Assembly: GCA_001938485.1 (NCBI GenBank)
Contig: MQRK01196814.1
Span: 4,922 to 59,396 of the forward strand
Reading direction: 5' to 3'
Length of the DNA: 54,475 nucleotides
Source: Girardia tigrina
Lineage: Eukaryota
The notes beneath the pieces are model-generated. The model was given only the letters and a program-made list of their open reading frames with translations, had not been told where the DNA came from and ran no database searches. Position 1 is the stretch's first letter. Each line of letters begins with the position of its first letter. Both the position numbers and the translations under genes were made by a program. Below are positions 36,481 to 49,462 of the stretch, piece after piece.

Positions 36481-38259
36481 GTCATGAAACCCTCATCGGA
36501 TCTTGATCAGCCACCGACAATGACGAAACCATCGGACGATAAACGTTGGGGCTCACATGACGCCAGTGAGATTGTGTATTTAAGTTTCCCGCGTCCCACA
36601 GTCCACCCCCAAGCGCCAGGACACCGCGGCCACCAAGCTGCGCTCGCTCTCGCATCACCAATTACAAATATTTAGTTATCCAACTTAATTGATCGGCCGG
36701 AAAAAATGATTTTTTTACAAATCACAAAAAGAGGTTGAGATAAAGAAAGATAACAATAGTTTAGTTAATATGATTAACAGTTATAGTTACGATTGGATAG
36801 AGTCAGTAAACAAGGTAATGTTGTAAAGGAAACTATGTAAACTGAGATATTGTTTTTTCTTTTCTTTGGATGGAATAGAACCAATTTTTAAAGTAGTCGC
36901 ATCATGCAAAATTCTTCAAAAACTAATAGTAACAAAATTCCTCAGAAAGATAAATTAATCCTCGGGAATTAACTATAATTTTATATTTTTTATTTTATAC
37001 TTATTTTTTATTATATTTTTTATATAATTCATATAAAAGAACATATATTTTCAAAATATTTATTTAGATCTTCTAGAATCATTCTTCATCTTCATATGCT
37101 CGGATATTTGACAAAGTTATTTGCTAAAATGATTTACAAAATTAACATAAAATTCTTCTCTTGAAGATTCGATATGAACAGAACAATAATGAATAAAAAT
37201 ATTTGTATAATTGTACACTGGTAAAATGAAAACATATCGATATTAAAATAAGATAATATATAAATTCGTATTTAGTGAACGTCTTTACAATCTGCATTGC
37301 TAAAACAAAAATTTAAAATTTTACATTTCTTTCTTAAAATAGGACGCAATTTAATAGACTATTCGATGTTCTGGTTAAAAGTAGGATTACTTTTATGACA
37401 AAAAAGTGATCCTCGTCAATGTTACTGAACAGGTACTTAACGTTAAGCGAAATTCATGTTTAAAGTTATAAACTATGTTAGGAGTTTGTACTCATGTATG
37501 TTTTATAAAGTTGTAAAATCCCAAAATTTTGAAACTGGAATTTTACAAAATAGTAAAACTGTAAATTTGAAAATTATGAGATTATAAAATTTAAATAAAA
37601 AGTATTCATATTACTTGTAAAGAACACAAATTCGGCTAATAAAAATATATTTAAATTAAATATAGATTGGGTACAATAACCCTTTAAATTTGGAAATCTC
37701 CCCCTTTTATATGAAGGCAATATTATATAATATGCCCCGGGGTCAGTTCATGCAATTGAAATTGACCTTGTAATTGCACATTCCGGTGATGTCATGACAT
37801 ATGAAATCATCGGAATTTGAACTCTAGTTATGTCATAAGATTTGACATCATTGGAGTTCAATATTACTGAATGTGGTGAGAAATGACATCACCACATTAC
37901 TCTATATTTATTTAAAGAGGTTTGTGAATAGAAAAAAATGTTCTTCGGAAATTTGTTTAATAAACAGAAAATTTGTTTAGAAATAAAACTTCGAAATTAT
38001 TTCTAATCTTCATCTTTAGTTCAATTCTAATATGGGTTTGTCAAATATGTCTGAACATAACATATTTTTGTTAATACATTTCCGTAATCACTGAAACTAT
38101 TTTAACCAAATTATATTTGGAAATTAAATAATTTTACTAAAAATAATTTCAAATAATAGAAATGTGCTTTTTTATATATTTCATCAGTTTAAAGCTCTAC
38201 TTTCAATGAATTATGTTGTAGATCAAGCATAAAATATCATTATTTTAAACTACAATCTA

Positions 38260-38573
38260 TTAGAAAAAGACCCGTCATATATGACGAGTGAGCTGAATTT
38301 TCGTCTTTGAAAGTTTCAGTTTTAATTTTTACATCGTAATTATTAAAATGTTTTATTTATTGCTTCGAATTCTGTGTTGAAGGTCAATTAATTTGGCTCC
38401 AGCGTAATTGGGCGATGGCGCTACACCAATAGATTTGTTTTGATGCTGGCTATCCATATTGACCCCGTCCTTAAATGGATTCACTTCGGTCCCTCTGCAT
38501 TTTCTCATTTAAAAGCGTGACCGACAAACAAACAAACAGAAACATTTTTCAGACAAATATTATATATATATAT
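38260..38573 (-). mobile_element. Non-autonomous Helitron-like element
   Basis: On the minus strand: a TATATATAA head, a (GTTT)n tract, and a 3' hairpin ACTCGTCAT-AT-ATGACGGGT a few nt before CTAA|T (CTRR end). Confidence 0.65.
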
Positions 38574-39334
38574 CTTTGTTTAATTTATATAAAAGACAAT
38601 TTTTTGATCGTCAAATAAATTAATCATTGGCCAAATTATAAATAATAAACATCCTACACAATTGACCATCAGAAATATTTTGAAACAATTATGTAAATTT
38701 TTGTATGATCTGAAGTTAGAAGTCCTTCATCCTCCTAAGAATAATTTATTAAATTACTGATTTATCAAATATTGGCAATGTCAATGCAATACAACGCACA
38801 ATGTTAAGGCTCAGTAGATCATTCACACTTTTGTAAGACGGAAAGGTAAAGATTGACAAAATTTTAATATTTAATGTATCATACAATTATTAATGTTCAT
38901 AAAAATTATTAAAACAGTTGCTCATAATTTAAAAATTAATTATGTTTTTATTAGAGTTGAAAGACTTCCTATATTCTGAAATATAATTTTAAAACTTTTT
39001 ACGACCTTTGTCCTGTATTTTGAGAGAGAGAACAAGACGTCTCTCCAGAATATGTAACCTTATACACCTTATATATGTGTTGATATACAAGGTCCGAATT
39101 CAATATAAAAAGAGTTGCTGTTATTTGATAAAATACATTTTGCATCTTATTTGTTTTTGATATTATTTATAAATTAAAAAATATCATTCAATTTTACAAA
39201 CCTAATAGTAAATTAATTAAATTAACCTTTTAAATATTTATTAAGTTTATTTTAATATTTTTGTAAGACGTTACGTAGCAAATAACCTATTAATATTCTA
39301 TTTAAATTAGTATTAAAAATGACTTGTATTGTAT

Positions 39335-39518
39335 TTAGTAATGAATCCGCTCTACCTATAAATGTTAATATATCGAAAGAAAGATAACTATAAAGGGTTT
39401 AAAGGTTAATTTATTGGAGAGACATTCCGTCATCTCTGCATGCCATTTTAAAAAGATAATAAAAACAAATTGAAGAGTTTAAGCAAGCAATAATATGAAG
39501 GATTTCAAAATTCTGAGC

Positions 39519-39520
<2 letters not shown>
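39335..39520 (+). mobile_element. Highly decayed PLE GIY-YIG fragment
   Basis: Collinear pieces FSNESALP, FIGETFRHLC and KDFKILS match the 10553 copy. It ends at a (TA)n tract. Confidence 0.55.
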
Positions 39521-39561
<41 letters not shown>

Positions 39562-42319
39562 AAAACTATACTTGTAAGTACTTAAAATTAATTTCTGAAA
39601 TAGAGTAAATACTTTGTCTAATGTATACACTTAATATAGAAATTAATAAATTTGAATTAAAAGAACTGTGCAGCATTTCCTGTAACATAAAGAAATCTAA
39701 AATATATTTTATTATTAAAATATTTTAAAATAAAGAATGAAAATAAAACCAAATAAATCAAATTAAAGAGACACCAAAAAGAAAATTGAATCATCTAATA
39801 AATTCAAGGAAACTTTTGTAAATAATTGAAAATATAATTAAATTAAAAATAATTAAATGAAAAATAGTTCTGAAACCTATAAAAAACTTCTTTCATATAA
39901 TGAAAATAAAAATTAATTCTGAAAAAAAACATAAATAATTTATACATAATCATTTATTTATTTGATAGATTCCTTCAAATTATATTACTGGGACAAAAGA
40001 GTTATAAAATTTATTTATGAAATATCTCCTTCGGCTAAAACGAATTTGGATAATTCAAAAGAAAATTTCTAAAACAAAATAATTATTTTGTTCATGTTTA
40101 ATTAATCTAAATTTTAATATAATTAGAAATTAAATTTAAAAAATTACAAAACTGATAACGAAAAAAACTGAAAATAAAAAATATAATAAATATAAATTAA
40201 ATAATTTTCAAAATAAATAATTTATAACTGATTTTCTTTTCATTTGTATAAATTTTACTTAATATATAAAATGAACTGTTTTAAATAATAAAATATCGAA
40301 AACGTTGAATAATCTAAATATATAAAATTTTTTGTATTTCCTTTAAAATGATTGTACAAATATTTGAGAAATAAAATAAAAAAAACATTATTGAAAATTA
40401 TTAATTTCTACTTTAAAAAAATGAAATGCAAAATAATATATTATTACTAATAATAATAATAAAAATATTATTATTATTTTAAAATATTAAATAGTCATGT
40501 TATTGACCTGTAGATTATTATAACACATTAAACATATTAATTATATCTGGCAATACTAAACTCTGTAACAAAATATGATATTAAAATTAATATTTTGTAT
40601 AAGTAATTATTATATAAAATAAAAAAATATTCTTTTTCCAATAGATTTGAAATAATTAAACCTTTTTATTTTAAAATTTACATATGAAAATACACCTGAG
40701 AATTCGTTTTAATTATAACTTTCATTTTGAATTTTGTGCAATAATAATTTTGAAGAGATTTAAAAAAATATTTTTGTAATTGTCAAACAAATAAAGAGGC
40801 GTTTCCTCCTTTGGCGAACATTGCGACTTTTGTCTTTAAAATAAGAATAAACAGTTAATAAATGCAACTGTAAAATATTGTATAAATCTAATGAAAATGA
40901 GGACAAAATGTGACAAATTGGGACTTTATGTATACAATTTCTGCTAGGTTAAGTCAGTTAAATAATATTTATTAATGACGACTTCACCATCATTGTGAGG
41001 AATATTTTAAATTATATGAATGTGTAAATGAATTGATGCTGTATGTTGATTTGAGTATGTTGAATTTAGAATGGTGATTCTCCCATCCAGGTGGAAATTG
41101 GTATTTTTTTATATTTACAGTGATTGATTTTTTGAAAATAATAATTTGATAAGTTTATATTTTTAAATTATTAGTATAAATTAAGTTTAATATGTTTTTT
41201 TAAAAACAAAAAGAAAATCATTTAATTATATCTAAATTAAATTCCTTTTTACCAATTTTATAAAGTTTTAATTATTCTGAGTTTTGATTAAGAAATGGTT
41301 AAAATTATTATCTTTAAATAAAGTTCTTATGAAATAAAATATAAAAAATAAATACAATATGAAAGAAAACTAAATATCATAATATATATTAAATGCTAAT
41401 GAAGTTTAACCCTTCGTAACTCAATATCTTAAAAAAAACATAAGTATTTTGTGTAACAGTAGCTTATAAAGAGTAACGGATGTTCAAGAGAATATTCAAG
41501 CAAAAAAGTTTGAGATTTAACAACGAAAAATTCAATTTTTTAAATAAGATATAAAACTCTTTCAAACAAAATTTAAATAGAAACAATTCTTCATATTCAA
41601 TTTAAATTACATTTCTAAAACAAAACTATAATTTTTTCTTTACAAATTCGAATTCCCAAAAGAAAACTAAAATTTTACAATTACAAATAATAATTTCCTT
41701 TATAATCAAAATTTAAAATAATTGTACAAATGTAAATTAATCATTCATAAAATTTTCAATTTAAATAAATTAAGTTTGTTATTTTATTTAACGATTTGGA
41801 AATCGATATAATATTATTTGTTATCATTAATAATAAATATAATATAAAAATAATAAATAATTTGTAAAAAGTAATTTATAATTTAAGATTCGCATCAGTG
41901 TTCACATGCCTCGTTCTAAGTGTACTTTCAACAATTGACGATATCGGAGTATATGCTGGAGAAATGTTGTTTTATGTTGTAAGTTTTTATTTATTAATAA
42001 TTTTATACAAATACGACAAAATACAAATATNNNNNNNNNNNNNNNNNNNNNNNNNNNNNNNNNNNNNNNNNNNNNNNNNNNNNNNNNNNNNNNNNNNNNN
42101 NNNNNNNNNNNNNNNNNNNNNNNNNNNNNNNNNNNNNNNNNNNNNNNNNNNNNNNNNNNNNNNNNNNNNNNNCAGAAATTTATATCACATCTAAATTTCA
42201 TACCTAAAATGTACAATTTCTTTTTTTAATGTTGAATGATAAAATCAGAAAATACAATATATCATTGTCCATAGTAAACCCTATGAAATCTCTATAGGAT
42301 CAAATCGACATCAATTATG

Positions 42320-42510
42320 AATAAAACCTACAAATTTCTACAAATGATGTGTAGATAATGTTTCTTTGATTTTCCGAAATCAATCCCTGATAAAACCATT
42401 CTTGAAATTCATGAATGGTCTTCATTCGAATATTAAATTTACTACATAACTTTATGTAAATAACGAAATTCATTTTCTCGAGATTCTTGTCATCAAAATA
42501 AATGACATAA
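42320..42510 (+). mobile_element. Decayed PLE RT fragment (motifs C-E)
   Basis: FYK*CVDNVSLIF...KPFLKFMNGLHSNIKFTT*...NEIHFLEILV aligns with the 18377-18832 RT. Confidence 0.7.
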
Positions 42511-42613
42511 AGCTGAGGAAAATTAATTTGAGGAAAAATATAGACAGAGTACGAGGAAAAGCCTAGTTGTAATAGTTTAGTATTTGTCCTCCAATTTCAA
42601 AATCGCAGATCAA

Positions 42614-42695
42614 AGTTTGAATAATAGTTTGAATAATAGTTTTGAATAATAGTTTGAATTTGAATAATCGAAGTTTGAATAAGTTTGAATAGTTT
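42614..42695. repeat. 12-bp minisatellite (AGTTTGAATAAT)n
   Basis: About 6-7 imperfect units are visible. Confidence 0.85.
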
Positions 42696-43087
42696 ATAGT
42701 ATTTAAATTGTCACAAGTGTTTAAACTTGTGCATTGAAGATCCTTTATGTATAGTCGTTCAGACATACTTCTTCGAAGTATCCCTTGAAAAAGTAAATTG
42801 GAGGAAAATTAATCTTGGTGGAAGTCTCTGAAGACCATCTCAATACTGTATTTTTTGTTGTAACAGTGGGCCAGCAATCCATTTAAAAGGCTTAGCTTGT
42901 TCTAAATGAGTTGGCGATGATGTTAATAAACGGTACTTCAGTTTGCTTATAGCTACAAAGCAGGATTTACCAACGACCGATAATGAACTAATATCTATAA
43001 ACAAAGTTTGTTGAAACGATGTGATACAAACAAAGTAATATGAATGCGTTATCAGCTTCTCGGACCTCCAAAAGATCCTCGAGTTTA

Positions 43088-44284
43088 TTAGGTGTACAAG
43101 TATGAAATGCGGATTAAATTTTGAAAAGAAATACGTTAAAAACAAAAGAACGATAAAAAAAGCTTTATTCAAATATGCCCCATTACTAATGATACATTTG
43201 TCCCATCTATATCTCAAATTGTGGATACCTTGCCAGTAAAAGTCTTCCTTTTTTTCCATGAACCATTCATCGACCCATTTTTGCACATTTTCGTAAGANN
43301 NNNNNNNNNNNNNNNNNNNNNNNNNNNNNNNNNNNNNNNNNNNNNNNNNNNNNNNNNNNNNNNNNNNNNNNNNNNNNNNNNNNNNNNNNNNNNNNNNNNN
43401 NNNNNNNNNNNNNNNNNNNNNNNNNNNNNNNNNNNNNNNNNNNNNNNNNNNNNNNNNNNNNNNNNNNNNNNNNNNNNNNNNNNNNNNNNNNNNNNNNNNN
43501 NNNNNNNNNNNNNNNNNNNNNNNNNNNNNNNNNNNNNNNNNNNNNNNNNNNNNNNNNNNNNNNNNNNNNNNNNNNNNNNNNNNNNNNNNNNNNNNNNNNN
43601 NNNNNNNNNNNNNNNNNNNNNNNNNNNNNNNNNNNNNNNNNNNNNNNNNNNNNNNNNNNNNNNNNNNNNNNNNNNNNNNNNNNNNNNNNNNNNNNNNNNN
43701 NNNNNNNNNNNNNNNNNNNNNNNNNNNNNNNNNNNNNNNNNNNNNNNNNNNNNNNNNNNNNNNNNNNNNNNNNNNNNNNNNNNNNNNNNNNNNNNNNNNN
43801 NNNNNNNNNNNNNNNNNNNNNNNNNNNNNNNNNNNNNNNNNNNNNNNNNNNNNNNNNNNNNNNNNNNNNNNNNNNNNNNNNNNNNNNNNNNNNNNNNNNN
43901 NNNNNNNNNNNNNNNNNNNNNNNNNNNNNNNNNNNNNNNNNNNNNNNNNNNNNNNNNNNNNNNNNNNNNNNNNNNNNNNNNNNNNNNNNNNNNNNNNNNN
44001 NNNNNNNNNNNNNNNNNNNNNNNNNNNNNNNNNNNNNNNNNNNNNNNNNNNNNNNNNNNNNNNNNNNNNNNNNNNNNNNNNNNNNNNNNNNNNNNNNNNN
44101 NNNNNNNNNNNNNNNNNNNNNNNNNNNNNNNNNNNNNNNNNNNNNNNNNNNNNNNNNNNNNNNNNNNNNNTGAGACACTACATAATTACTCAATATTATG
44201 ACATCATTACCTAACCATTGACCTACTTTTTGCATTGTGCACAATCCGTTTTCTGAAATCCGCATTTCATACTTGTACACCTAA
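43088..44284 (-). mobile_element. mariner transposon, mauritiana (Mos1-like) subfamily; interior is an N gap
   Basis: 28-bp perfect TIRs TTAGGTGTACAAGTATGAAATGCGGATT with TA flanks. The C-terminus YENVQKWVDEWF..KEDFYWQGIHNLRYRWDKCIISNGAY resembles Mos1. Confidence 0.92.
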
Positions 44285-44308
44285 TAATACCTCTATCAGA
44301 TTGAAGAA

Positions 44309-44352
44309 TCGTATTGGAAAGACAAATCGTCATCTTAAAACACGGATTAATT
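44309..44352 (+). mobile_element. Short PLE GIY-YIG remnant just right of the mariner
   Basis: IGKTNRHLKTRIN, on the same strand as and downstream of the 42320 RT relic. Confidence 0.55.
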
Positions 44353-44958
44353 AGTTAATCGAGTAATGTTCTGGATCATTATATACATTGTAAGAAAAAA
44401 ACCTTTGTTACATGTTTCATAAGTTGTTATGAGCGGTAGTTTTGGGAATCGTAATTGAAAAGATACTGAAATACATGAATTAACATTTGATATGGGGAAA
44501 GCGAGGTCATGATACTTGTGACCATGAAAGTTGTACATCAAAATATTTTACATTATGTCTGTTATCGGATTTAGTGTTACTCCTATATATAATTAATGTT
44601 ACTATTTAAGTTCATAAAAATATTTATTTTTCGAAAATCAATAATCGATGACTGAAGGACTATTTCAACATTGCCATTGATAAATGTTTGACTTCTTCAC
44701 ACTTAAAAAGTCAAAAAAAAGTCAAATGTTCCTCAACAAATTATCTTGTTCATTGTGATAAATCTAACATTATCTTTTTTACTCATCCTTCCGATTGTTA
44801 TTGGTTCATGAGAGTAATGTTGGTCTCCTTAACATGATGTTTGGCTTATCTCACATTACCAGTTCTGCTTAATTAGACATTTTTTTTATTAAAATACACC
44901 ATCCGGATAGTTGTTGATTTGATTCATAAATTTAGTTTCAATTAAACTAATATTATTA

Positions 44959-45003
<45 letters not shown>

Positions 45004-45189
45004 ATTTTTTAATATAATTATATGGTATTATAATAAGTTTTAAATTATATTTAAAAATTCAAATTTAAAACGTTTAAATTGTCATATCTGTCAATATTGA
45101 TAAAGTCAGTCCCTCCATATGCTTACTCAATGCCAACATCCGAGACATTCAAAAAATAGCTTAACTGAAAAAGAAACAAGATTCATTGG

Positions 45190-45310
45190 GACAGTGGAGT
45201 TTAATGTAGTTATAAAATGGAATAATTTACCTAATTTAATATTCTTCATTAAAATAATTGATTTTCAAAAATGTGTAGAAGCTCTAAAAGCAAAATTAAA
45301 ACATTTTAAT
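45190..45310 (+). mobile_element. Possible CR1/L2 LINE C-terminal remnant
   Basis: VVIKWNNLP...LKAKLK resembles the WN.LP...FK..L tail motif. Confidence 0.35.
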
Positions 45311-45844
45311 TTTGATGAATATTGACAACTTTTACAAAACAAATTAAAATTTTGGGGTATATTGATTGCTTGAACGTCATTAGAACTTAGAAATATTATC
45401 AATTATTTTATTTATTTTCAGAAAGAAGGAATCATCCTAGAACCATTAATGCCTCACATACGCTCACTCCAAATAATGTATTAAAATCTTATAATAAAAT
45501 ATCTACAAATCCAGTTTAAAAGGTTTCTCAAGTTTCTTTGGTAATTTACTTCTTACATATGTATTAATCCGGACGATAATAACACAAAACCCGTTACAAG
45601 TTAATAGTATAACATATATAGTAAACAATAATTTGAAATGTTTAAAATAGATATTTGTTATAACATTTTTAAAAATCAACGTTGAACATGTTTCAATAAC
45701 AATCAGCAATTTTATTTTTGTTTTATTTATTTGCTTTATTATTTTTTTAAATTTTTATAATAAAAATGGTAACATTTTGTGAAAGACAATGTTAAATTTT
45801 ATTGGTTAATATTTTATTATATTTATTTATTCTATTTAAAGTTA

Positions 45845-46165
45845 TTTAATATTGAGTCTTCTTTCCTTTTCCCATTTCACATATGGGTTAAAGTGTCTTA
45901 CTAGCAATGATTCACAATACAACCTCCCATAATGCGAATCAAAGTTCTGATGAAAAGAAAAATCCTCTTTTGAATTTGATGAAGTTCTATCTTTGTAACA
46001 TCTGCAGTGATCAAGAACTTTACTCGATCTATTCGACTGTGAGTGTTCACTAATCCGTGTATTGAAATGACGATTTGTCTCTCTAATAAACGAGTTTTTA
46101 TCTCTTTGACAATTAAATTTAATAATCAGATTAGCTTTCACGAATTTGTTTAGTTTTGGATTTCA
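45845..46165 (-). mobile_element. Decayed PLE GIY-YIG fragment (different subfamily)
   Basis: NLIIKFNC...SFIRETNRHFNTRISEH...VLDHCRC...ESLLVRHFNP. Confidence 0.75.
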
Positions 46166-46768
46166 CGGAAGGTAATTTCTCACTTTTTTTACATAATCGA
46201 TATTTTTATAAATGCTACTCCTAAATCGAAAAAAGAGAAGTAAAGTGGCCTGAATATTAAATATCTCTAAATAAAATTAAATAAATAACTAAAATTAAAA
46301 AAATAATAATTAAACAAAATAAATTACAACTTCTCTTCAATCTCCCGTGTAATTAAAGGATAATTCGTTGCGACGATAGTTTGATTTCATTACAATTAAG
46401 CTGAACTCGTCGACCTGAATGTTAACCATCTTGAAAAGAAAAATTTCAACAATGGATTTTATAAAACCAATTTTGGAATTGCCTTTCTTTAAGGGCTTCT
46501 TTGCCATACACATCACGTATTATTTTGGCAGCTTGCATTACGTTCTTTTTATTAAAGAAATAATAAAGCAAAATATGGTGAAAATGTTTATTTTTGAACT
46601 TAATATTAATTATTAATTATTATAATAATTATTGAAATCTTTAAAAATTTTATTAAAAAATATCTACACAATCATTTTTTAAAGCTAGGTTAGGATGACA
46701 GCTAACACATAAGAAGAAGTTCATAACATCTACGGATATCATAAAAATGGGATGAAATACATCTTTAA

Positions 46769-46987
46769 CCCTTTGAACCCTAAGACTTTCATTGTATTAG
46801 TAGCATATCCCTGAGCTCCTGAGTAATTTTATCAACATCAACTCTGACCTAGCGACACCATTGACCTGAGTTCATGTTCTTAGCAAGTTCTTGGTTATAA
46901 CGATAGATATGGAGGCCGGTAAATCCTCCATTAGGGTATATGTCTCGCCAAATCTGGCCGGTTTATCGGCCTTTAGGGTTCAAAGGG
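46769..46987. mobile_element. piggyBac-type MITE, 219 bp
   Basis: 15-bp perfect TIRs CCCTTTGAACCCTAA and TTAGGGTTCAAAGGG, with TTAA on both flanks. Confidence 0.9.
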
Positions 46988-49095
46988 TTAACTGAAATCG
47001 ACAATCACTTAGTTGCAAACCCAATAGATGATAAATAATCTAGATAAAGTTGAAAGAATCTTAGAAAGATTTTTAATTTAGGAAGCTCCACCTTCTTTAT
47101 TGTATACGGAGGAAAACGATCAATCGTTCATTACGATCAATCGATAATTATTTTTCTAATGAAAAGTAAATTTATAATTTATGTGACACTTGATTAAGGA
47201 TTTATGATAAAAAATGTTTATTTAAATTATTTATTTGGTTTTAGATAAAATAATACAAAATATATTTATGGTCATTTTTATCTGTTGATAAAAATGAAAA
47301 AATATTTATTATAAATGACTTTTAATAATAATTATAAATAAATAAATTTATATATATNNNNNNNNNNNNNNNNNNNNNNNNNNNNNNNNNNNNNNNNNNN
47401 NNNNNNNTATATATATATATACTTTGTCACATTCATTGTTGTAGAGGCCCTGTTTCCTCAAAATTAAGTTTTCAAAATATAACCAAACTAATTGAATTCT
47501 ATTTTAAAAATCGTAGCATTGAAACATGAAATTCTCGGAAATATATGGTCTTCGACGCGAAAAGGTTAAGGGGTAAACATACAATAATTGATCATAGAAA
47601 ATATAACAGTTTTAATGAAACTAAAACTTTATGTATCTAGTACTCAAACATGATGGAATCTTTTAGTCTATAAAGTTAAATCTATAGGTACCATCCAATT
47701 CGAAATTCCTATTTTAAATAATTTTATCAAACTTTTACCAATGTATTTACGAACAATTAATAATAGTCTTACTTTTTTGAAGATATCAAGCGTAAATCAG
47801 TTTCCATTTTCTACCTCAAGACAGTAAAATTTTTTTAACAATCTGGGTCAATGGGCACATGAACCCGGCTGATACAGAAATGCATTCGCTCCATGTATCG
47901 ACCCTTACGGGCGTCCTTTACACGAGCTGTGGTTTCCACACGGGTTCTTTCACTAGTGGCCTCCCCCCGCGCCCTTCAATTGAGTGAACGCCACACAAAC
48001 AACTCACCGTCACACAGGCACCACCACAGCGTCACCACAACCACCCTTTCTGGCATCGGCCAGAGAGTCATACATCAGCCTAGGTTGGCTGATAGTATCG
48101 GACAGTATCAGCCACTTGGGGGACTTATCACTCGACCGATCTGTTATCTATATATTTTTTAACGACCACCTCACTGAACTCCCGTTTCTACAGCCTTCAA
48201 CCCACTTCCGTGTATCGAAATCCATAGAGGTGGCTCCCTGGGACCAGAGGTACAGTGACGAAAGTAGGACGAAACGAATCTATTATCACATCACTTTTAC
48301 ACACAAGATATATCTCTAATTATTGGCACTTGCGCACCACAGCACTTCAGTGAAATCTTATCTGGTATCATCCTGATAGTGACGGCTCGATAGAAATAGT
48401 GTGAACCAACAGGTCGCCTCCCTGTTGGAAGCCGCATTTACCGGTTCCCCATATAATATGCCTAAGACCGACTGATGTATTCGAGAGTTATCTGATGCCT
48501 AATGACTGGGTATTGTATCTGGAATGTTTCATCGCTTTTTAGAGCCTCACAACTTACTTTATGCTTTTGGCGGATGAGTTTTGTCTTTCTTCGTTAGTCG
48601 ACTCAAGGGGAGTCTTATACAAATTCCTCTCGTAATACTCCATCTAATCGTTCCAATTTTATTATAAGAGGAGCCGAAGCGAACCTTTAATTAGTTTAAA
48701 ACAAATAAAATTTCTATTCATACACATATTTTATTTTTCTAAAACAAATTTAACTGAAAAATGTATTAAAATAATATATTTTATAAAAATAAAATATAAA
48801 GGTCAAAAAATAATTTTTAAATATTTTTTTAATAAATAATATTTTATTTATTGTTCCCAAATGATGTGTTTAGGTTGACACCATTCAGTCTGCTTTTCCC
48901 AATTGAATTTGCTTTTGTTTGCCAAACATAATTTATTAAAATATAACATCGGTCGCCGCTTTTTGCAAACATTTAAATCATCATTTACTCTTTTATTATA
49001 ATTCACAAACTATATATCAAATTTACTTTCTTTGAATTGAAATTTTCGTAAAAAACATAAATTCGTATAATAATCAATTTATAAAAATATTAATA

Positions 49096-49462
49096 TACAA
49101 GTGCAAGCAGTAGTATCCGCCCTTCATTTTGAAAATAAGTTAGTATTTATTTAAATTATCAGTAAATTATCTCAAAGTAAAACTCAAAGTAGATCGCACG
49201 TGCTAATCATAGTAGATGACAGCTCGGACAGCCTTTGGCGCTATTCACAATTAACATGCTTTGATTTTTTGATACTGCAATCCTATTGCTAAGTTATATA
49301 AGCTGTCTGAATTAAAGTCAATCGCGGTATATTTTTCGGAAAAAGTTGAAATCGACTTTCCTTTAAGTATTTAAGGTGTTTGGAAAGCTTGATTGCGTTT
49401 CGTGTTACTATCTCCAAACGCACAGTGAACAGATAAACAGACCTTTTTCTTTATGTATAAGT
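49096..49462 (-). mobile_element. Possible degenerate non-autonomous Helitron
   Basis: Minus strand starts CTTATACATAAAG..GTCTGTTTATCTGTTCAC and ends with a GC-rich motif then CTTGT. The architecture resembles 38260-38573. Confidence 0.35.

Noticed and set aside
37741-37898. CRISPR-like array
   Set aside because: Eukaryotic context, no identical direct repeats with spacers, and no cas genes.
43221-44280. Long ORFs of 290-337 aa here and at 51674-52682, and the shorter ORFs at 41898-42216
   Set aside because: Artefacts of translating through N gaps.
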